Shown here piece after piece: positions 23,548 to 36,197 of a stretch of DNA of 64,000 nt. The DNA comes from Mayamaea pseudoterrestris (lineage: Eukaryota). The stretch covers positions 62,001 to 126,000 of the forward strand of contig BROI01000033.1 of the NCBI GenBank assembly GCA_027923505.1. The letters run 5' to 3'. The position numbers and the translations under genes were made by a program. Positions within the stretch are counted from its first letter, which is position 1. The number at the start of each line of letters is the position of its first letter. The notes under the pieces are model-generated. The model was given only the letters and a program-made list of their open reading frames with translations. It did not search any database and had not been told where the DNA came from.

Positions 23548-24522
23548 ATGGTCTCTCGAATATCCAATCCACGAGGAGCGCATCAGCGCACCCGGCGGTC
23601 CAGTTCCATGGTGGTGCTTATAGTTGGATTCATTGGCGGCTTTTCGCTCTCCAAACTGTTGGATCGAATTGTTATGAATGGAGATGAATCAAGAATATCG
23701 TATATACTTGCAAAGCAATTACCAAACACCAAGGACTATAGGAGTAGCGACAGAATCGTGTCGGATGCTCATGGATGGGGCACGATTCATGTCTTTTACG
23801 GCGAGGCGTCTGCAATCTTTGGCGACGACACATCGCAACAATTCTTTGCACAAGTCAAGCAGGACGAGATTGTGTTGGATCTAATGCGAGACATTACAGA
23901 CAGAAGCAAGGTCAAATCCCAGGATGAACACCCATTCTTTTTCATTGATTTGGCTGCCAACGATGCCAAAACACTCAGCAACACGCTCGCACTGGAGCAG
24001 CGTGGTTGGCAAGGCCTTTGCATTGAACCGAACCCTGCTTACTAGTATGGACTCGCGCATCGTCGCAACTGCACCGTGATTGGAGCGCTGATCTCCGACA
24101 AGGTGGCGCCAACGCAGGTCAAGTTCCGAGGCGTCTTTGGTGGAATCGTTGGACAAATGGATGAAAAGCTGGCAAACCGTTTGCACGAGCCGGATCGAAT
24201 CGAGGAAACACGATATACTGTGCCGTTCGTAACGCTCCTTGCTCAGTTTCGAGTGCCGAAAGTGATTGATTATATGAGTCTCGACGTGGAAGGTGCCGAG
24301 TTTCTTGTCATGCACGATTTCCCGTTCGACGAGTACACCATTCAAATATTGACGGTAGAGCGTCCATCCAAACGACTGAAATCGCTTTTGGAGAGCCATG
24401 GTTACGTCTTTTTGAAAGATCTTGCCTGGTGGGGCGAAACCTTGTGGGCGCATCAATCTACTGGGCTGTCGCCACTGCATCCAAAGATTGTCAAAATCAA
24501 GACTGAGGGCAGGGATCGATGA
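23548..24522 (+). pseudogene. FkbM-family (Methyltransf_21) type II membrane methyltransferase interrupted by an in-frame TAG at 24043-24045
   Basis: TM segment; FFAQVKQD, FFIDLAANDAKTLSNT..LE..GWQGLCIEPNPAY*YGLAHRRNCTV, IDYMSLDVEGAE; frame continues through the stop. Could instead be a recoded gene or base-call error. Confidence 0.7.
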
Positions 24523-24740
24523 CGATTTTTATTAGTGACGTTACATGAAACACCTATAGAGAATATGGAAGTATAGAATTCATTTATAAAGTTAGAATTA
24601 CATAATGGTGAATGATTGTTTCCTCGTGTTACCCCTCGCACTTGCACTCCTTGCACTTGACTCGAGACGCGAATCAACGACAGGTTAAGGGATGTAAGAA
24701 TGTAAAGAGGTAGTCTTGCGCACGTTTCGCGTCTCGGAGT

Positions 24741-25258
24741 CTATTCGAGACCTTCCAAAGCATCTTCAACCTCGTCAACATGGGTGTGATGCGAGGAATG
24801 GAACCAACCACGTGCCTTGTTCTGAAGGTCTTTGCCGACTTCAAACCATCCAGGAAGAGGGTAGTGCTCCTGCTGAGACACCATCAAGTTTGGAGTTGCG
24901 TGGGCGACTAAATGAAGAAGTGACAAGATGGATCAGAAACAAGAGAACGATATCATGGCAGCGAGGGAATACAACTGCGAGTACATCAAGTCGCACGTCG
25001 CACGCCGCACGCACCTTCTTGTTTCACTTCCTTCATCGCTTCTGATAGTTCGTTTCCGTCTTCATGGATTTGAAACTCTTCCGGCACACCAAAATATGAA
25101 TCATCCAGCCCCCATCCAAAGGGATAGTACGGCTGGCCCAAATCTAAACCAGGAAGCACCTTGGAAGGCCCCATGATCGCCGTTGTCTCGATGCTGCGAC
25201 GAGCCGAAGCAACGCCAAGGAAAATGAGAGTTAAGAAGACAGTTGAGCGCATTATCAT
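24741..25258 (-). CDS. small secreted hypothetical protein; intron 25014-24908
   Basis: Signal peptide MIMRSTVFLTLIFLGVASA; donor G|GTGCGT and pyrimidine-rich acceptor ...CATTTAG join to the VAHATPNL...EDALEGLE exon. Confidence 0.65.
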
Positions 25259-25824
25259 TTTAGCTGATGACACTAGAGTATTGGCTAGCAAGTGGCGTTA
25301 ACGTGAGTGTATGACAAGTTGGATTCGAAAGAACAATGCAAGATCCATTATCCGCCAACTTGCGCGCGCTTCGGATCCGCAACTTCATCCACGACTAAAA
25401 CAATCCATCACGAGTCACGAGCAGTCACGCGTTGTCATGTCGTCCTTCCGCTACTCGGAGCTATCGTGACATTGCCAATCATCATTCTGTCTAGGGGGCT
25501 CGGTATATGGATGTGGTTGTGTTTAAATAGACTAGTACTCTTTTATGGTAAACTGTTAAATGTCTATTGTCTAACAAGAAACGCAAAGAAGTGTGATTGG
25601 ATACACAATTGGCTACAAACCAAGCCAACCAATTTGGCTATGAAATGTCACACTGGCAAGTGCCACAGCAAGTAGCTGGGCAGATGCATAAACAGTTAGC
25701 AGAATGGATCAAGGGATGTGGAGGAAAAGCTTGCAACTGATATATAGAATTGTTGTAGGAGGCAACAAAATAGGTGTGCACAAGGTTTGCTGGGAGGTGT
25801 AGTGGCTGGCAAGATACTACATAG

Positions 25825-26479
25825 GATTGGTGGTAACTTGTCACCAGTCTCAGCCAGCAGCTGCCATGCCCTTTAAATGCCCATACCTTGAGCCATGTGT
25901 ATGCCCCAATCAAGCCAGAATGGTGCTAACATCCTTATTTCAGGTGTGCTACAAGATGGGTTGCCTGGCTGGTGTCTCAGTGGACTGCAATGTGATTGGT
26001 GATAACTTGACACCAGTCTCAGCCAGCAGCTGCCATGCCTTTCAAATGCCCATACCTTGAGCCATGTGTATGCCCATATCAAGCCAGAATGATACTAACA
26101 TCCTTATTTCAGGTGAACTTCAAGGGAAGATGACTGGCTGCTGTATCAGTGGACTGCAATGTGATTGGTGATAACTTGTCACTTGCCATGCCTTTCAAAT
26201 GCTCATACCTTGAGCCATGTATATACCCAAATCAAGCCAGAATGGTGCTAACATCCTTATTTCAGGTGCGCTACAAAATATAATGACTGGCTGGTGTCTC
26301 AGTGGACTGCAATGTGATTGGTGATAACTTGTCACCAGTCTCAGCCAGCAGCTGCCATGCCTTTCAAATGCCCATACCTTGAGCCATGTGTATGCCCAAA
26401 TCAAGCCAGAATGGTTCAAACATCCTTATTTCAGGTGTGCTACAAGATAAGATGACTGGCTGGTGTTTCAGTGGACTGC
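25825..26479 (+). repeat. satellite family A (169-bp monomer), ~4 copies
   Basis: GATTGGTG(A/G)TAACTTG anchors at 25825, 25994, 26163, 26316 (169, 169, 153 bp). Confidence 0.95.
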
Positions 26480-29400
26480 TTGTTGGATCTGCAAGCTGAG
26501 TCTCACCATGGCACACATGGTGGTAGAGACTGAAATGGATGCTACTGAACAAAGCATTGGCCCATCAAGACAACAAACATGATTGAAAAGGATTTCAGGG
26601 CTCAGAAGGCAGCGCTGATGATCTTTATAGCCACAAAGTGTGCACTGCTGGCACATTCCACCATTGGTTGGATGTGCGGAGTCTCATGGCAAAGGGATGG
26701 GTTACACCCAAGGTGACAAGCCTATGAGTCCTAATCAAATTGAAACATAATGTTCGTTGTATTCCAGAATTGGCAGGCCATTCTGGCAGACAGAAGTGCC
26801 ATTGGAGGTGCACTGATAGCAGATCCAACAAGTTGTTGTCTCTGCTGAGTCCCACCATGGCATACGTGGTGTTGGAGACTGGAATGGGTGCAACTGACAA
26901 AAGCATTGGCTCATCATAATCAAACATGAGAAAGGATTCCAGGCTCGCTAGAAGGCAGCGCGATGATCTCCTGTAGCCAAAAAGGGTGCTGGCACATTCA
27001 ACCAGTATGGTGTGAGCGATGGGTGCACTGACAAAGCATTGAGTCCCGTGATGAATTGAGAACCAGCATAATGTTCTTTGTATTCCAGAATTGGCAGGCT
27101 TCTGGCAGTCAGAAGTGCCACTTGAGGTGCACTGCTACTGCAGATTCAACAAGTTGTTGAATCTGCAAGCCGAGTCTCACCATGGCACACATGGTGGTGG
27201 AGACTGAAATGGATGCAACTGACCAAAGCATTGGCCCATCATGACAACAAACATGAATCAGAAAAGTTTCAGGGCTCAGAAGGCAGCGCTGATGATTCCT
27301 GTAGCCAAAGGCCGCTGGCACATTCAACCATTGGAATGTGCGGAGTCTCATGGCAAAGGGATGGTTTCCACACCCAAGGTGACAAGCCTTTAAGTCCTCA
27401 TCAAATGAAAACACAATGTTCATTGTATTCCAATCTTGGCAGGCCATTCTGGCAGTCAGAAGTGTCACTTGGGTGCACTGCTAGCAGATTCAACAAGTTG
27501 TTGGATCAGCAAGCTGCGTCCCACCATGGCACACATGGTGGTGGAGACTGAAATGGATGCTACTGAACAAAGCATTAACCAATCAAGAAAACAAACATAA
27601 AATGAAAAGGATTTCAGGGCTCAGAAGGCAGCGCTGATGATCCCTGTAGCCAAAAAGGGTGCACCGCTGGCACATTCAACCATTGGTTGAATGTGTGGAG
27701 TCTCATGGCAAAAGGATGGGTTTCACACCCAAGGTGACAAGCCTTTGAGTCCTTATCAAATTGAAACATAATGGTTTTTGTATTCCAGAATTGGCAGGCA
27801 GTTCTCGCAGTCATAAGTGCCACTTGAGGTGCACTGCTAGCAGATCCAACAAGTTGTTGGATCTGCAAGCTGAGTCTCACCATGGCATACGTGGTGTTAG
27901 AGACTAGAATGGGTGCAACTGACCATAGCATTGGCCCGTCATGACACCAAACATGAATTGGAAAGGATTTCAGGGCTCAGAAGGCAGCGCTGATGATCCC
28001 TGTAGCCAAGAAGGGTGCACCGCTGGCACATTCAAAATTGAGTGAATGTGTGGAGTCTCTTGGCAAAATGATAGTTTCCACACCCAAGGTGACACGCCTT
28101 TGAGTCCTAATCAAATTGTAACACAATGTTCTTTATATTCCAGAATTGGCAGGCCATTCTGGCAGTCCGATGTGCCAATTAAGGTGCACTGCTAGCAGAT
28201 CCAACAAGTTGTTGGATTTGCAAGTATCACCATGGCATACGTGTCGGTGGAGACTGGAATGGGTGCAACTGAACACAAAGCATTGGCCAATCATGACACC
28301 AAACATGAATTGGAAAGGATTTCAGGGCTCAGAAGGCAGCGCTGATGATCCCTGTAGCCAAAATGGGTGCACCGCTGGCACATTCAACCATTGGTTGAAT
28401 GTGCGGAGTCTCATGGCAAAATGATGGTTTCCACACCCAAGGTGACAAGCCTTTGAGTCCCAATCAAATTGAAACATAATGTTCTTTGTATTCCAGAATT
28501 GGCAGGCCGTTCTGGCAGTCCAATGTGCCACTTGAGGTGCACTGCTAGCAGATCCAACAAGTTGTTGGATCTGCAAGCTGAGTCTCACCATGGCATACGT
28601 GGTGTTGGAGACTGGAATGGGTGCAACTGACCAAAGCATTGGCCCATCATGACACCAAACATGAATTGGAAAGGATTTCAGGGCTCAGAAGGCAGCGCTG
28701 ATGATCCCTGTAGCCAAAAAGGGAGCACCGCTGGCACATTCAATCATTGGTTGAATGTGCGGAGTCTCTTGGCAAAAGGATGGGTTCCACACCCAAGGTG
28801 ACAAGCCTTTGAGTCCTAATCAAATCGAAACACAATGTGCATTATATTCCAGAATTGGCAGACCGTTCTGGCAGTCAGAAGTGCCACTTGAGGTGCACTG
28901 CTAGCAGATCTAACAAGTTGTTGGATCTGCAAGCTGAGTCTCACCATGGCACACATGGTGGTAGAGACTGAAATGGATGCTACTGAACAAAGCATTGGCC
29001 CATCATGACACCAAACATGAATTGGAAAGGTTTTCAAGGCTCAGAAGGCAGGGCTGATGATCCCTGTAGCCAAAATGGGTGCACCGCTGGCACATTCAAC
29101 CATTGGTTGAATGTGCGGAGTCTCATGGCAAAAGGATGGTTTCCACACCCAAGGTGACAAGCCTTTAAGCCCTAATCAAATTGAAACATAATGTTCTTTG
29201 TATTCCAGAATTGGCAGACCGTTCTGGCAGTCAGAAGTGCCACTTGAGGTGCACTGCTAGCAGATTCAACAAGTTGTTGGATCTGCAAGCTGAGTCCCAA
29301 CATGACACACATGGTGGTGGAGACTGAAATGGATGCTACTGAACAAAGCATTGGCCCATCATGACACCAAACATAAAATGAAAAGGATTTCAGGGCTCAG

Positions 29401-32400
29401 AAGGCAGCGCTGATGATCCCTGTAGCTAAAAGGGTGCACTGCTGGCACATTCAACCAATGGTTGAATGTGCAAAGTCTCATGGCAAAGGGATGGTTTCCA
29501 CACCCAAGGTGACAAGCCTTTGAGTCCTAATCAATTTGAAACACAATGTTCGTTGTATTCCAGATTTGGCAGGCCATTCTGGCAGTCAGAAGTGCCACTT
29601 GAGGTGCACTGCTAGCAGATTCAACAACTTGGATGTGCAAGCTGAGTCCCACCATGGCATACATGGTGGCGGAGACTGAAATGGATGCTACTGAACACAG
29701 CATTGGCCCATCATGACACCAAACATGAATTGGAAAGGATTTCAGGGCTCAGAAGGCAGCGCTGATGATCCCTGTAGCCAAAATGGGTGCACCGCTGGCA
29801 CATTCAACCATTGGTTGAATGTGCGGAGTCTCATGGCAAAGGGATGGGTTCCACACCCAAGGTGACAAGCCTTTGAGTCCTAATCAATTTGAAACACAAT
29901 GTTCGTTGTATTCCAGATTTGGCAAGCCATTCTGGCAGTCAGAAGTGCCACTTGAGGTGCACTGCTAGCAGATTCAACAAGTTGTTGGATCTGCAAGCTG
30001 CGTCCCACCATGGCACACATGGTGGTGGAGACTGAAATGGATGCTACTGAACAAAGCATTGGCCTATCAAGACAACAAACATAAAATGAAAAGGATTTCA
30101 GGGCTCAGAAGGCACCACTGATGGTCCCTGTAGCCAAAAAGGGTGCACTGCTGGCACATTCCACCAATGGTTGAATGTGTGGAAGCTCATGGCAAAGTGA
30201 TGGTTTCCACACCCAAGATGACAAGCCTTTGAGTTCTAATCAATTTGAAACACAATGTTCGTTGTATTCCAGATTTGGCAGGCCATTCTGGCAGTCTGAA
30301 GTGCCACTTGAGGTGTACTGCTAGCAAATTCAACAAGTTGTTGGATCAGCAAGCTGCGTCCCATCATGGCACACATGGTGGTGGAGACTGAAATGGATGC
30401 TACTGAACAAAGCATTGGCCCATCAAGACAACAATCATGAAATGAAAAGGATTTCAGGGCTTGGAAAGCAGCGCTGATGATCCCTGTAGCCAAAAAGGGT
30501 GCCCCACTGGCACATTCAACCATTGGTTGAATGTGTGGAGTCTCATGGCAAAGGTATGGTTTCCACACCCAAGGTGACCAGCCTTTGAGTCCTAATCAAA
30601 TGGAAACACAATGTTCTTTGTATTCCAGTGTTGACAAGTGGTTCTGGCAGTCAGAAGTGCCACTTGAGGTGCACTGCTAGCAGATTCAACAAGTTGTTGG
30701 ATCTGCAAGCTGCGTCCCACCATGGCACACATGGTGGTGGAGACTGAAATGGATGCTACTGAACAAAGCATTGGCCTATCAAGACAACAAACATAAAATG
30801 AAAAGGATTTCAGGGCTCAGAAGGCAGCGCTGATGATCCCTGTAGCCAAAAAGGGTGCACTGCTGGCACATTCAACCAATGGTTGAATGTGCGGAGTCTC
30901 ATGGCAAAGGGATGGTTTCCACACCCAAGGTGACAAGCCTTTGAGTCCTAATCAATTTGAAACACAATGTTCGTTGTATTCCAGTGTTGACAAGTGGTTC
31001 TGGCAGTCTGAAGTGCCACTTGAGGTGCACTGCTAGCAGATTCAACAAGTTGTTGGATCTGCAAGCTGAGTCCCAACATGACACACATGGTGGTGGAGAC
31101 TGAAATGGATGCTACTGAACAAAGCATTGGCCCATCATGACACCAAACATAAAATGAAAAGGTTTTCAGGGCTCAGAAGGCAGCGCTGATGATCCCTGTA
31201 GCCAAAAAGGGTGCACTGCTGGCACATTCAACCAATGGTTGAATGTGCGGAGTCTCATGGCAAAGGGATAGGTTCCACACCCAAGGTGACGAGCCTTTGA
31301 GTTCTAATCAATTTGATACACAATCTTCGTTGTATTCTAGTGTTGACAAGTGGTTCTGGTAGTCTGAAGTGCCACTTGAGGTGCACTGCTAGCAAATTCA
31401 ACAAGTTGTTGGATCAGCGAGCTGCGTCCCACCATGACACACATGGTGGTGGAGACTGAAATGGATGCTACTGAACAAAGCATTGGCCCATCAAGACAAC
31501 AATTATGAAATAAATAGGATTTCAGGGCTCAGAAGGCAGCGCTGGTGATCCCTGTAGCCAAAAAGGGTGCACTGCTGGCACATTCAACCAATGGTTGAAT
31601 GTGCGGAAGCTCATGGCAAAGGGATGGGTACCACACCCAAGGTGACAAGCCTTTGAGTCCTAATCAAATTGAAACACAATGCACTTTCTATATCATTGTT
31701 GGCAAGCAGTTCTGGCAGTCAAAAGTGCCACTTGAGGTGCACTGCTAGCAGATCCAACAAGTTGTTGGATCTGCAAGCTGCGTCCCACCATGGCACACAT
31801 GGTGGTGGAGACTGAAATGGATGCTACTGAACAAAGCATTGGCCCATCAAGACAACAATCATGAAATGAAAAGGATTTCAGGGCTCAGAAGGCAGCGCTG
31901 ATGATCCCTGTAGCCAAAAAGGGTGCACTGCTGGCACATTCAACCAATGGTTGAATGTGCGGAGTCTCATGGCAAAGGGATGGTTTCCACACCCAAGGTG
32001 ACAAGCCTTTAAGTCCTCATCAAATGAAAACACAATGTTCATTTTATTCCAATCTTGGCAGGCCATTCTGGCAGTCAGAAGTGTCACTTGAGGTGCACTG
32101 CTAGCAGATTCAACAAGTTGTTGGATCTGCAAGCTGAGTCTCACCATGACACACATGGTGGTGGAGACTGAAATGGATGCTACTGAACAAAGCATTGGCC
32201 CATCAAGACACCAATCACGAAATGAAAAGGATTTCAGGGCTCAGAAGGCAGCGCTGATGATCCCTGTAGCCAAAAAGGGTGCACTGCTGGCACATTCAAC
32301 CAATGGTTGAATGTGCGGAGTCTCATGGCAAAGGGATGGTTTCCACACCCAAGGTGACAAGCCTTTGAGTCCTAATCAATTTGAAACTCAATGTTCGTTG

Positions 32401-34752
32401 TATTCCAGTGTTGACATGTGGTTCTAGCAATCTGAAGTGCCACTTGAGGTGCACTTCTAGCAGATCCAACAAGTTGTTGGATCTGCTAGCTGAGTCCCAC
32501 CATGGCACACATGCTGGTGGAGACTGAAATGGATGCTACTGAACAAAGCATTGGCCCATCAAGACACCAATTATGAAATGAAAAGGATTTCAGGGCTCAG
32601 AAGGCAGCGCTGATGATCCCTGTAGCCAAAAAGGGTGCACTGCTGGCACATTCAACCATTGGTTGAATGTGCGGAGTCTCATGGCAAAGGGGGAGGTTTC
32701 CACACCCAAGGTGATGAGCCTTTAAGTCCTCATCAAATGAAAACACAATGTTCATTGTATTCTATTATTGGCAGGCCATTCTGGCAGTCAAAAGTGACAC
32801 TTGAGGTGTACTGCTAGCAGATTCAACAAGTTGTTGGATCTGCAAGTTAAGTCCCACCATGGCACACATGGTGGTGGAGACTGAAATGGATGCTACTGAA
32901 CAAAGCATTGACACAGCAAGAGACCAATCATGAAATGAAAAGGATTGCAGGGCTCAGAAGGCAGCGCTGATGATCCCTGTAGCCAAAAAGGGTGCACTGC
33001 TGGCACATTCAACCAATGGTTGAATGTGCGGAGTCTCATGGCAAAGGGATGGGTTCCACACCCAAGGTGACAAGCCTTTGAGTCCTAATCGGATTGAAAC
33101 ACAATGTTCTTTTTATTCCAGAATTGGCAGACCATTCTGGCAGTCAGAAGTGTCACGTGAGGTGCACTGCTAGCAGATTCAATGAGTTGATGGATCTGCA
33201 AGGTGAGTCCCACCATGGCACACATGGTGGTGGAGACTGAAATGGATGCTACTGAACAAAGCATTGGCCCAGCCAGACACCAATCATGAAATGAAAAGGA
33301 TTTCACGGCTCAGAAGGCAACGCTGATGATCCCTGTAGCCAAGAAGGGTGCACTGCTGGCACATTGAAGCAATGGTTGAATGTGCGGAGTCTCATGGCAA
33401 AGGGATGGTTTCCACACCCAAGGTGACAAGCTTTTGAGTCCTAATCAAATGGAAACACAATGATCATTGTATTCCAGATTTGGCAGGCCATTCTGGCAGT
33501 CAGAAGTGCCACTTGAGGTGCACTGCTAGCAGATTCAACAAGTTGTTGGATCTGCAAGCTGCGTCCCACCATGGCACACATGGTGGTGGAGACTGAAATG
33601 GATGCTACTGAACAAAGCATTGGCCCATCAGGACACCAATTACGAAATGAAAAGGATTTCAGGGCTCAGAAGGCAGCGCTGATGATCCCTGTAGCCAAAA
33701 AGGGTGCACTGCTGGCACATTCAAGCAATGGTTGAATGTGCGGAGTCTCATGGCAAAGGGATGGTTTCCACACCCAAGGTGACAAGCCTTTAAGTCCTCA
33801 TCAAATGAAAACACAATGTTCATTGTATTCCAATCTTGGCAGGCCATTCTGGCAGTCAGAAGTGCCACTTGAGGTGCACTGCTAGCAGATTCAACAACTT
33901 GGATGTGCAAGCTGAGTTCCACCATGGCACACATGGTGGTGGAGACTGAAATGGATGCTACTGAACAAAGCATTGGCCCATCAAGACAACAATCATGAAA
34001 TGAAAAGGATTTCAGGGCTCAGAAGGCAGTGCTGATGATCCCTGTAGCCAAAAAGGGTGCGCTGCTGGCACATTCAACCAATGGTTGAATGTGCGGAAGC
34101 TCATGGCAAAGGGATGGGTTTCACACCCAAGGTGACAAGCCTTTGAGTCCTAATCAATTTGCAACACAATGCACTTTCCATATCATAATTGGCAAGCAGT
34201 TCTGGCAGTCAAAAATGCCACTTGAGGTGCACTGCTAGCAGATTCAACAAGTTGTTGGATCTGCAAGCTGAGTCCCACCATGGCACACATGGTGGTGGAG
34301 ACTTAAATGGATGCTACTGAACAAAGCATTGGCCCATCATGACACCAATCATGAAAGGAAAATAAATTTAGGGCTCAGAAGGCAGCGCTGATGATCCCTG
34401 TAGCCAAAAAGGGTGCACTGCTGGCACATTCAACCATTGGTTGAATGTGCGGAGACTCATGTCAAAGGGATGGTTTCCACACCCAAGGTGACAAGCCTTT
34501 GAGTCCTCATCAAAAGAAACACAATGTTCATTGTATTCCAGATTTGGCAGGCCAGTCAGAAGTGCCACTTGAGGTGCACTGCTAGCAAATCCAACAAGTT
34601 GTTGGATCTGCTAGCAGAGTCTTACCATGGCATATGCGGTGGTGGAGACTGGAATGGGTGCAACTGGCCAAATCATTGGCCCATCATTTAGACACCAAGA
34701 TGAATTGGAAAGGATTTCAGGGCTCAGAAGGTAGCACTGATGATCCCTGTAG
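26480..34752 (+). repeat. satellite family B, 356-bp dimeric unit (170+186 bp), ~23 copies
   Basis: GATTTCAGGGCTCAGAAGG anchors at 27610, 27966, 28318, 28674, 29030, 29386 ... 34364, 34713; modal spacing 356 bp. Confidence 0.97.
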
Positions 34753-34754
34753 GG

Positions 34755-35115
34755 GTGTTTGATTTGGGTGTATACATGGCTTGCTGTAGGGGCATTTGAA
34801 TGTCACGGCGTCTGCGGGTTGAGACTGGTGACAAGTTGTCACCAATCACATTGCTGTCTACTGAGACACCAGCCAAGCATACCATCTTGTAGCGCAGCCG
34901 GTAAAATGATGTTGGCACCATTCTGGTATAATTTGGGTGTATACATGGCTTGCTGTAGGGGCATTTGAATGTCAAGGCATCTGTGGGCTAGACTGGTGAC
35001 AAGTTGTCCCCAATCAAATTTCTGTCTACTGTGACACCATCCAAGCATACCATCTTGTAGCACAACCTCAAAAATGATGTTAGCACCATTCTGGTATAAT
35101 TGGGTGCATACATGG
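34755..35115 (-). repeat. satellite family A, inverted, subfamily A2, ~2 copies
   Basis: Reverse complement of A (GAGACTGGTGACAAGTTGTCACCAATCACATTG); TTTGGGTGTATAC at 34763 and 34932 (169 bp). Confidence 0.9.
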
Positions 35116-36197
35116 GTGGTGGCTGGCAGGCAGCATGGGTTTCAGCTACTCAAATACACTCAATTGCCATAGCCATGGGCCAGGTAGTTTCAATATGAGT
35201 CTCTGCGGTTGCTGGGCATGCATTAAGAATGTAGGATGTGCAATCCATTCAATGGTATACCAACAAACCCTCTAGTAAAATGACCGGGGTTGGGTTCAGC
35301 ATGGGTGTTAGCTACTCAAACACACTCAATAGCCATAGCCATGGGCCAGCCAGCTTCAATAGAAATCTCTGCGGTTGCTAGACATGGATTGCGATCAATT
35401 CAATGGTATACCTTCAAACCCTTCAGTAAAATGACTGGGGTTGAGTGGGATTTGGTGGTGGATGGCAGGCAGCATGGGTTTCAGCTTTTCAAACACACTC
35501 AATAGCATAGCCATGGGCCAGCCAGCTTCAATATGAGTCTCTGCGGTTACTAGGCATGAGGTAAGAATGTAGGATTAGCAATCCATGCAATGGTATACCT
35601 TCAATCCCTCCTGTAAAATGATTGGGGTTAGGTTCAGCATGGGATCCAGCTACTCAAACACACTCAATAGCCATAGCCATGGGCCAGCCAGCTTCAATAT
35701 GAGTCTCTGCGGTTGCTAGGCATGCATAAAATATGTAGGATGTGCAATCCATTCAATGGTATACCATCAAACCCTCCAGTAAAATGACCGTTCTTCGGTG
35801 GGGTTTATTGGTGGCTGGCAGGAGCATGGGTTTCAACTACTCAAACACACCCAATAGCCATAGCCATGGGCTAGCCAGCTTCAATATGAGTCTCTGTGGT
35901 TGCTAGGCATGGATTAAGGAGTTAGATGTGCAATCCATTCAATGATATACTTTCAAACCTTCCAGTTAAATGACCGGGGTTGGGTGGGGTTTGGTGGTGG
36001 CTGGCCGGCCGGCAGCTCTCAAACACACTCAATAGCCATAGCCATGGGCCAGCCAGCTTCAATATGAGTCTCTGCGGTTGCTAGGCATGGATTAAGGATC
36101 TAGGATGTGAAATCCATTCAATGGAATACCTACAAACCCTCCAGGAAAATGTCGGGTTAGGTTCAGCATGGGTTTCAGCTACTCAAACACTCTCAAT
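35116..36197 (+). repeat. satellite family C (~165-187-bp monomer), ~6 copies
   Basis: ACTCAATAGCCATAGCCATGGG-type anchors at about 35158, 35324, 35497, 35662, 35849, 36027, 36191. Confidence 0.92.

Noticed and set aside
27620..27670. Hammerhead ribozyme/retrozyme (near-invariant CTGATGA followed by a CCCT/AGGG stem)
   Set aside because: No GAAA after the putative stem II (TGCAC instead), pyrimidine at the 10.1 position, and upstream GAAA gives no credible stems; an Infernal search would settle it
26480..34752. CRISPR-like array (regularly spaced ~27-bp palindromes)
   Set aside because: Intervening sequences are near-identical repeats of 143-159 bp rather than unique spacers; no cas genes; eukaryotic context
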